DNA of 64,000 nt from Zygnema circumcarinatum SAG 698-1b. Taxonomy: Eukaryota; Plantae; Zygnematophyceae. Under the pieces are notes generated by a model. The model made no database searches. It worked only from the letters and a program-made list of their open reading frames with translations, and was not told the origin of the DNA. Below are positions 12,189-27,900 of this stretch, one piece after another. The position numbers and the translations under genes are program-made. How positions within the stretch are numbered: the first letter of the stretch is position 1; every line of letters begins with the position of its first letter. Location: positions 1,640,525-1,704,524 of the forward strand of contig CM074816.1 in NCBI GenBank assembly GCA_037447605.1, read 5' to 3'.

Positions 12189-13265
12189 TAATAGTGGAGC
12201 AATCGCCTGCTTAGAGAAGGAGAGGGAGAGGGAGAGGGAGAGGGAGAGTGGGAGAGGGAGAGGGACAGGGGACAGGGAGACAGCGGGAGATCGAGGCCAA
12301 GAGGGAGGGGGAGGGCTTTCGGGCCCCATTTTCTTTTTTTTTTTTGCATTCTATTCGTTCATCCGCACGAGGTTTTAACCAAGCAGAGAGGTTTTGGGGA
12401 TTCAGGTGTTTCAGGGTTTTAGGGTTTAGGCGGATGGTTTTGGCGACCTGAGATTAGAGAGGAGTGGCTGCTTTTGGCCTTCTTCTACTCTCTGAGGGTC
12501 ATTTTTATTGGCAAATTCGGGCAGACTAGAATTTTTTAGACCAATTTTGTTCCCCTGCCCGGTTAGCAGCATGCCGCTAGGACCTGTTTTCGAGGGTTTT
12601 GGGAGTTGACCTAATAAGACAAGAAGCGTTCGATCGCAATTTTAGTGTGAATAAACGGAGGCTGTCACTGCAATTTGGGTCTATTTTGGTTCCCTTAAAA
12701 CTGGCTTTTCCGTTTCTCTGGAGTGTCAATCTGATGCCATTCAACAGTTACAAATAAATATCAATCACGTGGAGAAGACTTGAAATTCAACAAATATCTC
12801 CCTTATCTACGCACCCGTAGATACTCCCCACCCCGAAAGCGAGAGAGGAGAGCGAGTGACAGGCAGAGAGAGAGAGGAAAGGAAAGTGAAAAGGGGAAGA
12901 GAGAGAAGTGGGAAAGTGGAGTTCAATCTTCTTAAAAAGGAAAAATCTTTTGACTCTTGTTTCCACTGCGATCCCGACTCGGATCGAGTTAAGCACAACA
13001 GCTTAGCCCTAAAGAGCCGCCTCCTACTCCTCTATCTCGCAGCTTACGAGTTTCAGTTCCACATTTCCGTGCGTTTGCTGCAAAGTAACGGCCTTCTGCT
13101 GAATACCCTTAAATCTCGTCAATTTTGGTAAAGTTACATGAAACGTAGGCTGAAAAAATGTCAAGTTCTATTCTTCAACTCCAAATGTCTACGTAATTTT
13201 AAGTACAAACTTTGTACACTTCGTTTAATTTGAACACAACTTTCACTGTTCGAACCTTGAAGGGG

Positions 13266-13876
13266 CATCAGGGTTCAGAGAGAACACCCTTAAAGTACAA
13301 AGCCCGAGCCCTGAACCCTAATTGGAATTCCTCTCTCCCTCTGCAAAGTCTTGTCGTTGCATTTGAACGCGCTGCTCCTTTCCATGCAGCCATGTCCGTA
13401 CAGCAGGAAGCGCCTCCCGCACATGCTCTTCCCAGTAGCGCTCCTGTAAAGAAATCAGTTACAGTTTTAGGGTTTGGATGACGAGAGAGAGAGAGAGAAG
13501 AGGAAGGGAAAAGGACGGAATTCTACTTAGGGAGGGAGGGAGGGAGGGAGGGAGGGAGGGAGGGAGGGAGGAAGGGACGGACAGAGGGAGGAAGGGAGGA
13601 ATAGCATAAAACTGAAACCCTAAAATTCAAACTTTCCAATTTAAACCTCAACCCTAGCCCTGAACCCAAAGCCCCGACCTTGAGGAGGAGTTCGGAGAGG
13701 GCGGCCGCCGCCACTCCGAGGGCGAAGCCTCCGCCAATCACAGCCGCGAGGCGCCGCTCGGCGCGGGCGTGCTGCCACGCGTCCACTCGCGCACGCAGGA
13801 CACGTGTCAGCTGCAGAGCCTCGACCTCCGCCTGGGCGACTGCCAGCTGGCGCAGCGCGGCGGCAGCTGACGACAT
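13266..13876 (-). CDS. Putative small two-exon protein with one transmembrane helix, function unknown
   Basis: GC-rich ORF MSSAAAALRQLAVAQAEVEALQL...LAAVIGGGFALGVAAAALSELLLK ends at AAG|GT (~13679). A TTTCTTTACAG acceptor (~13444) continues ERYWEEHVREALPAVRTWLH. No family recognised. Confidence 0.4.
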
Positions 13877-16468
13877 GGGAGAGCTCCGGGCTGCGGACTG
13901 TTGAGGCGGGAGAGAGGGAGAGAGAGAGAGGGAGAGGGAGAGGGAGAGGGAGAGGGAGAAGGAGAGGGAGAGAGGGAAGTGAGTGAAGGAGAGAGGAGAA
14001 CGAGGGAGAGAGGGAGCGAGGGAGAGGGAGAGGAGAGGGAGAGTGGGGGAGAGAAAATGGGAGGGAGAGGGAGAGAGGGGGCCGGCACGTGCGAGGCGCG
14101 GCGGAGATCGCAGGGCAATCTGGAGGTCGCGGAGAGCCGCCACTCGCACGCGTGCGTAACGGCCGATCCATGTACGAGCTGCGTCGTCGCCGTTACCGTT
14201 CGACAGGGAAGCGTGACGACGCGATGTTACGTGCCAAGGTGACGTGACGTATCGCATGAGGTGAAATGTGGCGTGACCGTTCCTGACGTGTCGGCCGCGA
14301 TGTGATGTGGCGCTTATTAATTCGTGGTTTAAAACAATGTTGTCCCAATGAACGCGTGCCACGTGTCCAAACAAGTTGAAATTCACAGCACAGCGGGTTC
14401 TTATTGTTCACTTACCATTCAACAATCCAACCGGACAACCATTTCAAGTATAAAGCGAAAAGGAACTAAGCGTTTAAAGGGAAACAAAGCTCCAGAAAAA
14501 GAAACGACAAAACTAGACTATGGAAATTTGAATGTTTGTATGTTTTGTAGGGTTGTTAGGGTTTTAGTGTTTTTAGGGTTTCAGGGATTTTAGGGTTTTA
14601 GGGGTTTTAGGGATGAAACCATATGTTGCTTTGTATGAGCGACCGTGGTATCGTAGGGGCACACGGCAAAGAGCAGCGGCCCACCATACAAAGCCTGAAG
14701 CCAGGGCGGCAGAGGGCGCTAGAGGCACTCACCAGCCGCTAGCCGCACACCGATAGGAGGGTTTCGACAGGCAGTCATGGAGGGCGGGTCGGGGCGGACC
14801 TCGCTGTGTATTGGAGCAGAGAGAGAGAGAGAGACAGAGAGAGAGCGAGAGAGAGAGAGAGAGTGAGAGAGAGAGAGAGTGAGAGAGAGAGAGAGAGAGA
14901 AAGGAGAGAGAAAAAAAATGGCCCAGATGAATGCTGAGGCTGTCGAAGGTGTGCGTGGAGAGGAACCGAGGGATGAGAGAGGGTTTTTAGGGGTTTTAGG
15001 GGGAGGTCAAAATTCGCAGCCGCAATGGGGTCCAAACTGAACTCTCTTCTCTGTTCAATGTACAAAGCATCCATTGCACCAAAAAACCACTCGTTCGATC
15101 CAAATTTGCACCATGTTGGCCTTTACAGATAACACATGACGTTACGACACCACAATGCCCTCCGCGTAGACCAAGGGCCCCCCTCCCTCTCCCTCTCCCT
15201 CCCCCCCTCCCCCTCCCTCTCCCCCTCCCTCTCCCTCTCCCTCCCACGGCTCCAACACGTCCGAGACGTCTCCCACCCTCTTGGGCTCCAAATCGATGAA
15301 TTCGTTGGACTTTGCCGCCAAGTGCGCGATGCTGACTCGGCCCCTCCGCTTTATGTACTCCGCCACGGCGGCCATCTCCTCGGGAGAAATGAAGATGAAC
15401 TTGCCGCGGTCGTCCATCACGCCCGATATCCGCCCTGAAGAGGGGACATGGTTGCAAGCGAGAGAGGGAGGGAGAGAGAGAGAGAGAGTGAGGGAGAGCG
15501 CGCACGAGAAAGAGAGANNNNNNNNNNCGACAGGGAAGCGTGACGACGCGATGTTACGTGCCAAGGTGACGTGACGTATCGCATGAGGTGAAATGTGGCG
15601 TGACCGTTCCTGACGTGTCGGCCGCGATGTGATGTGGCGCTTATTAATTCGTGGTTTAAAACAATGTTGTCCCAATGAACGCGTGCCACGTGTCCAAACA
15701 AGTTGAAATTCACAGCACAGCGGGTTCTTATTGTTCACTTACCATTCAACAATCCAACCGGACAACCATTTCAAGTATAAAGCGAAAAGGAACTAAGCGT
15801 TTAAAGGGAAACAAAGCTCCAGAAAAAGAAACGACAAAACTAGACTATGGAAATTTGAATGTTTGTATGTTTTGTAGGGTTGTTAGGGTTTTAGTGTTTT
15901 TAGGGTTTCAGGGATTTTAGGGTTTTAGGGGTTTTAGGGATGAAACCATATGTTGCTTTGTATGAGCGACCGTGGTATCGTAGGGGCACACGGCAAAGAG
16001 CAGCGGCCCACCATACAAAGCCTGAAGCCAGGGCGGCAGAGGGCGCTAGAGGCACTCACCAGCCGCTAGCCGCACACCGATAGGAGGGTTTCGACAGGCA
16101 GTCATGGAGGGCGGGTCGGGGCGGACCTCGCTGTGTATTGGAGCAGAGAGAGAGAGAGAGACAGAGAGAGAGCGAGAGAGAGAGAGAGAGTGAGAGAGAG
16201 AGAGAGTGAGAGAGAGAGAGAGAGAGAAAGGAGAGAGAAAAAAAATGGCCCAGATGAATGCTGAGGCTGTCGAAGGTGTGCGTGGAGAGGAACCGAGGGA
16301 TGAGAGAGGGTTTTTAGGGGTTTTAGGGGGAGGTCAAAATTCGCAGCCGCAATGGGGTCCAAACTGAACTCTCTTCTCTGTTCAATGTACAAAGCATCCA
16401 TTGCACCAAAAAACCACTCGTTCGATCCAAATTTGCACCATGTTGGCCTTTACAGATAACACATGACG

Positions 16469-21607
<5,139 letters not shown>

Positions 21608-21960
21608 GGCTGATACAGGGATGGGGAGAGGGAGAGTGATGGAGAGAGAGAGAGGGGGGGCGAGAGGAGAGTAGAGAAAGATAGACAAGAGAGACGGAGG
21701 GAAGCGAGAGAGAGGAGAGAGAGAGGGAGGGGAGTGAGGGAGGGGAGAGGGACAGGGAAAGAGAGGAAGATAGCGACAATGAAACAGAGGGAAGGAGAGG
21801 GCGAGAGAGATGAGGAAGGGGAGAGAGGAAAAGGAGTGTGGCGAAGGGAGAAGTCTCGCTCAGTTGGGGTTCAGAGCGTGCCAAATGTTCGGATTTGATT
21901 GGGTTGTGGGAGATTAGAGCCAGCATTAAACTAAAGTTAGTGTCAGGGTTAGGGCTAGAA

Positions 21961-22382
21961 TTAGGGTTAGGGTTAGGGTTAGGGTTAGGGTTAGGGTTAG
22001 GGTTAGGGTTAGGGTTAGGGTTAGGGTTAGGGTTAGGGTTAGGGTTAGGGTTAGGGTTAGGGTTAGGGGTTAGGTTAGGTTAGGTTAGGTTAGGTTAGGT
22101 TAGGGTTAGGTTAGGTTAGGTTAGGGTTAGGTTAGGTTAGGGTTAGGTTAGGTTAGGGTTAGGTTAGGTTAGGTTAGGGTTAGGTTAGGGTTAGGTTAGG
22201 GTTAGGGGTTAGGTTAGGGTTAGGTTAGGGTTAGGGTTAGGGTTAGGGTTAGGGGTTAGGTTAGGTTAGGGTTAGGGTTAGGTTAGGCTAGGGTTAGGTT
22301 AGGTTAGGTTAGGTTAGGTTAGGTTAGGTTAGGCTAGGGTTAGGTTAGGTTAGGTTAGGTTAGGTTAGGGTTAGGGTTAGGA
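21961..22382 (+). repeat. Interstitial telomere-like array (TTAGGG)18 followed by mixed TTAGG/TTAGGG
   Basis: 18 perfect TTAGGG units at 21961-22068, then a pentamer/hexamer mix. Confidence 0.95.
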
Positions 22383-23355
22383 TTATAGCACCCTCAGGTG
22401 AGAGGTCAAAGCGACCTCGGCAGCCCACCAAACTTCTTTCAGGCCTCAGGGGTTAGGGTTAGGGCTAAGGGCCGTCGTTTGCAATCGATATATTGCGATA
22501 CGTGGTCAGTATATTACGATGCGTAAACGACATATTTTTTATGTAAACCAGTATATCGCGATGCGGGAACGATATATCGCGATGAGGAAACGATATATTT
22601 TGTATTTCTTTAGCGATATTTTCGACACACGGTAGAATTTTGAGGTTCGATTCCGTAGAATTTTTGTACCGTATTTTTGGAGTGTTTGAAATGGCGCACG
22701 CAATATGTCTCGCAACCAACCGAGCCGGGCTGCAGGATCGCAAACCGCGGGCTGGCACGGCCGCACTGGAATCTAGCGGTTTGCAGCTTAATGACGTCGT
22801 TGACGTCATTAAGTAGTAAGTGTGTCATTAAGTCATTAGGGGGAGTCAGACCTTGACCATCGCCAAATCAATTTCGTAAGCCTGTCGGGCGAATTAAGCA
22901 TTGGCTAGGTACGCATTTCGGTACGGCTGTGCACGACGGAGCCGCGGATCCCGACCAGGAATTTGTTGATGTATAAGTGCATCAAGGTTGTTGGTACTTA
23001 GTTCCTCGCATGAGTGTTGTCCAGGAGAACAATGTTGTGTTGGAACAATGTCATGCATGAATGGTCATGTTTGGTATAGGACCGAACATGGGGGGGATGC
23101 CCATTTTGTTAGGGCATGGTACGGCAAGGTCTAGGGCAAGTATTGGGTCGTAGGTTTACGGCTTAACGCCTAGACTGTACCACAGGGGGCGCGCGGGATG
23201 CGCCTGATTGGATGGAGCGCGGCCGAACGGAAGGCGCGCGATTGTACGAACGAAGCGGAAATGTACGGACTGGGTGATTTGGACGCGAGAGGCGGATTTG
23301 CGCGAAGCGACATGATTGGTCGCGACAGCGCGCGAATCGCGGCGTGATCTCTGTG

Positions 23356-24343
23356 TGTGACATGATGCATGATTCGGTACAGTATGTACTTTAGAGGTAC
23401 GGACGTTGGTCGGTGCTGAGATGTCGGCGCGACGAATCAGCATGAGGCGCGGAGTCAGCAGCGTCTCCTCTGGAGGACACTGGCGAATGGGAAGGCGCCA
23501 CGTATCAGGTGTGAGCTGGATTGGGGCAGACTTGTTTCATCGTACGACTCAGGAGCGTGCGCACGGAGGCGAGACCGACTGAGCGGCCAATGCGGATCGG
23601 ACGATCACAGAGGCGAGACCGACCGAGCGACCGATGCGGATCGTGCGATCGGGAGTCTAACATTCTACATTGCTCTGAGGAATCTTTTCTTCAGTGTGGA
23701 GTCTTGGAATGTTGTGGCGGCAAGGAGTCGGCGGAGCGTACCTCGAGGAGTACAGGAGCTAGTCGTTGTGAGGACGGCGGGATGTATAGCGAGCGGTAGA
23801 GTGCATGCCCACTTGGGTTAGTGCGGTGGTGTTGGTACGTTGCCAGGCTAGACGTACTTTGCATAGCAGACACAAAGTAGTTTAAAAGGTTGTTTGAATT
23901 AAGGTTGTTGCATGCATGGTCCCGGCGTGTGTGACACAGCCCCATACTTTATAGTGAGGAGTGGGTGTGTAAGATAGTAACCTTCTTGACGAGAGTTGCA
24001 AAGCTACGGCAGTTAGAGGCATGGCTTTGGCAACAGGAGGTGGAACTTTGTGAGGAGTCTCCATGTGTGGAGAGCTGTCTCACGTGAAGGTGGAGTTATC
24101 ATGTGTTGAAAGCTTGGCTAGGCTTATGGGACCTTGAGCTGGAAAGCTTGTCATGATAAAGGAGTTTTAGGCTGGGAGCTTTCTCCTTCGTTTTTCTATT
24201 CCGCCTCTTGTGTGTTGTGTATGCACTTGAGTGAAAAAGGAATGAGACTGCTGTGGGCACAGGGAGAGAAGCTTCCATGGAGAGTGAAGAGGGGGAAAGG
24301 ATTGGAGATGAATTTTGCTTCTAATCCTTCTGCCCCACTCACA
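23356..24343. repeat. Solo-LTR-like repeat, homologous to 57396-58244
   Basis: Both begin TGTGACATG and end CTCACA; ~23875-24343 aligns with ~57770-58244. No TSD found. Confidence 0.65.
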
Positions 24344-24585
24344 GAATTCGTACACGAACCTTTTGACTTTTAGTATAAAGAATGGAGAACTATATACCGC
24401 CCCCCTTTTTTGGTTATCCCGCCCCTATTTTTTTGAAATCCCACCCTCCCATTTTGGCTATTCTGCCCCCTGTTTTGGGATACCCCCCCCCCATTTTGGA
24501 TATCCCCCCCCCCGTTTTCTCTTCACACATCAGCGCAACGTTCGTGAAGACATTCGCAAAGCGAGAGCAGAGCAAGGAGAGAGAA

Positions 24586-24622
<37 letters not shown>

Positions 24623-24876
24623 AGAGGAGAGAGACTACAGGAGAGAGCACAGGAGAGAGACGAGAGAGAGAGTGAGCATAGGAGATAGAAGAGGAGAGAG
24701 AGAGAGAGCAGAGGAGTGAGATCCGAGGAGAGAGAGTATTGAGGAGAGAGAAAGAGCCGAGTGAGAGCAGAGGAGAGAGAGACTAGAGGAGAGAGCAAAG
24801 GAGAGAGCAAAGGAGAGAGAGAATGAGCAGAGGAGAGAGAGTAGAGGGGAGAAAGACTAGAGGAGAGAGAGCAAAG

Positions 24877-24969
<93 letters not shown>

Positions 24970-27900
24970 TGTAACGACACCTGGGCCCACTGCAGCGTAT
25001 GAAACCTCCTCCCTGCACACGACTCTCCAAATGAAAGTGCAACAGCCAGCCAACAGAAGCAATCGAGACGGGCCAAAGAGAGAGAGCCGGTGAGCAAAGT
25101 AAGGCACTCGCCTCGGCGGGTTCGCCAGCGCCGTGAAATGCTGGTACGCATCGCTATCGCATCCCGCCGCCACGCCTTCTACGCTGGAACTCCCTACCGC
25201 AAAGATGAGGACCGGAAGGCGGCCGCCCAATGGCGATTGCCACGCAGTTTCTCTCGATCAAACGGGTCGATGGGAGTCCGGACCGGTATTCAACCGCATC
25301 GCGACGATTCAAGGCGGCTGCGGGCGCTGCGGAGGCGCGAGGCGCGACGGCGTAGGTTCGACGCGCTAAGCGCTGGCCGGCGTAGCCGGTGTCGGGTCCG
25401 GCATAATTCCAAGGTGTACGGATGTTCGACAGATACCAAAAAGGGGAACCAGTAAGCAGCAGCCGCCAAGGTTTCAACTTCAAGACTCGCCGTCCAAAGG
25501 CCGGCGCCTATACCATCTGGCTGGCGCCCGAAGTGAGAGAACTAGGCGAAGTACGCCGTAAGTAGTCTCCTCCCATGGGTGACTGCAGCGTTCCGCTACA
25601 TTACTCCCCCCTGTGAGAGTGTGAACGCCCTCGTTCACAGCTGTGGGGTAGACCTGGTGGTGTCCCAGGTGTGGGCAGCTCGTAGTCGCAGCGGCACGCG
25701 CCGGGATCTACGTGATAACTGGGAGGGCTTAGCGATAATCCCGGCCAAGTCCCCGCCCGAGTTGCGCGAAGACGACTCAGGGACCCCCCGTGCCGCCCTC
25801 GCCCGCGCTCCGACGGCCTGCGCCTCCCAGTAAAGGCTGATGAGCTCCTGGCAATTGGTCAAGTTGCCCTCAGGTTCCCATGTGCTATGCTCAACCCCAT
25901 AGCCCAACCATTTCACGAGATATTCGTGACGGAACGAACGACCCTTTCTCACAGAACGGTGGGCTTGAATGGTTTCAACCTCATATTCGAGTTCACCTTC
26001 AAGTTCCACTGGGGTGGGAGGTGGTTGGATCTTCCCATCGCGGCGGTATGGCCTTAGCAAACTCACATGAAAGACCGGATGCACCTTCATGTGAGCCAGT
26101 AAGTCCAACATGTACGCGACATCATTGACACGTTTCACAACCTGGAAGGGTCCAATGAAACGGGGCCACAGCTTACGTGTTCCGCCATAAGCCTTGAGTT
26201 TGAGGTTGGCGGTACTCAACAACACCTCGTTGCCAATGTCAAAGGTGAGGTGAGCACGGCCGCGGTCAGCATAAGCTTTCTGTCTCGACTGGGCAGCTAA
26301 CAGGGTCTGCCGTGCCCTCTGTAGCGCCTCTGACATCAGTCGGAGAAAAGACTTCACAGCGGGAGGTTGAGTCCCATCAGTGCCCCTCATGCGCCAAGGA
26401 TCGGGTTGTCTGTGGATGTCCATGTTCCACGGGTCAGGTGGCTGATCCTTCGGCTGCAGGGGATTTAGGGGGTGCTGACCAAAGTTCAAGAAGAAAGGAG
26501 TGGTACCTATGGACTCCTGGTAAGCATTATTGATGGCATACTCAGCCACTGGGAGCAGCTAATCCCACCCATCCGGGGTGGGTCCTACATAATGCCGGAG
26601 GTAATCCTCCAGGATCCTGTTCACACTTTCTGTCTGGCCATCGGTTTGCGAGTGGAAGGCCGTACTCAGAGCCTGTTTGGTTCCCACGATCCGAAGCACT
26701 TCCTTCCAGAAGTGTCCGGTGAACCGGGGGTCGCGGTCAGAAATTATTTCCGACTGCAGTCCATGTTGGCTCCACACCTTGTCAACATACAACCTGGCAA
26801 TGTCGTCGGCCCCAGCTGTCTTAGTAGTAGGTGCAAAATGCACCATCTTACTAAGCCGGTCGACGAACACTAGGATGGAGTCATGACCCCGTGGTGTTAC
26901 AGGCAAGTCTGTAATCAAATCCATACCCACACTTTCCCACTTACGGAAAGGAGGGGTAAGAGGTTGCAACAGGCCAGTAATCTTGCCAGTGCGTGGTTTG
27001 TTGCGTTGACAAGTTGGACATGCGAGTACATACTCCTTCACATCCCTCGTGAGTCCANNNNNNNNNNCCACTGCAAGCAGTTCCTGTTCTGTTGCAGAAT
27101 AGTTGCGTTCCGCGGGATTCATCTTGCGGCTTTCATAAGCTAGAGGCTGCCCATCTTGGAACAAGACGGCACCCAAGGCGAATCCCGAGGCGTCACAAAC
27201 CACTTCGTAAGGTCTGGACGGATCCGCTAAACGGAGAGTAGGTGCTGTTACCAGCGCATGCCGAACGCCCTCGAACGCCGTCTGGCATTCAGGGGTCCAT
27301 TCGAATGGGACACCGGAACGTGTCAAGTTAGTCAAGGGAGTAACCAACTTGCTAAACCCTTGGATGAACTTACGAAAATAATTCGCAAATCCCAGAAACG
27401 ACCGAAGCTGATGGAGATCAGTCGGTTCAGCCCAAGTCTTAACTGCAGAGACTTTGGTTGGATCAGACCGAAGGCCTTGGTCATTCAAGATATGCCCAAG
27501 ATATAGCAACTCACGTTGCATGAAGTGACACTTCTTCTTCTTGGCATAAAATTGATGCTTCCTCAAGACCTCAAACACTTTCCTGACGTGTTGGAGGTGT
27601 TCAGCCTTTGTCTTACTGAAGACAAGGATGTCATCGAGGTAGACCAGAACAAATTCATCCATGCCAATGACCATTTCGTTCATGACGGCTTGGAAAGTTG
27701 CCGGAGCATTGGTCAATCCAAAAGGTAACACCTTATACTGGAAATGCCCAATTGGTGTTCGGAAAGCAGTCTTTGGCACATCAGACTCCGTCACACGGAT
27801 CTGATGATACCCCTGGGCTAAATCCAGGGAGGTAAAGACTTTGGCGCCGTGAAGACGATCCAGCAGATCGTCAATACGTGGTAGAGCAAACCGATTCTTT

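Noticed and set aside
21961-22382. True chromosome end
   Set aside because: Unique sequence continues on both sides without a gap.
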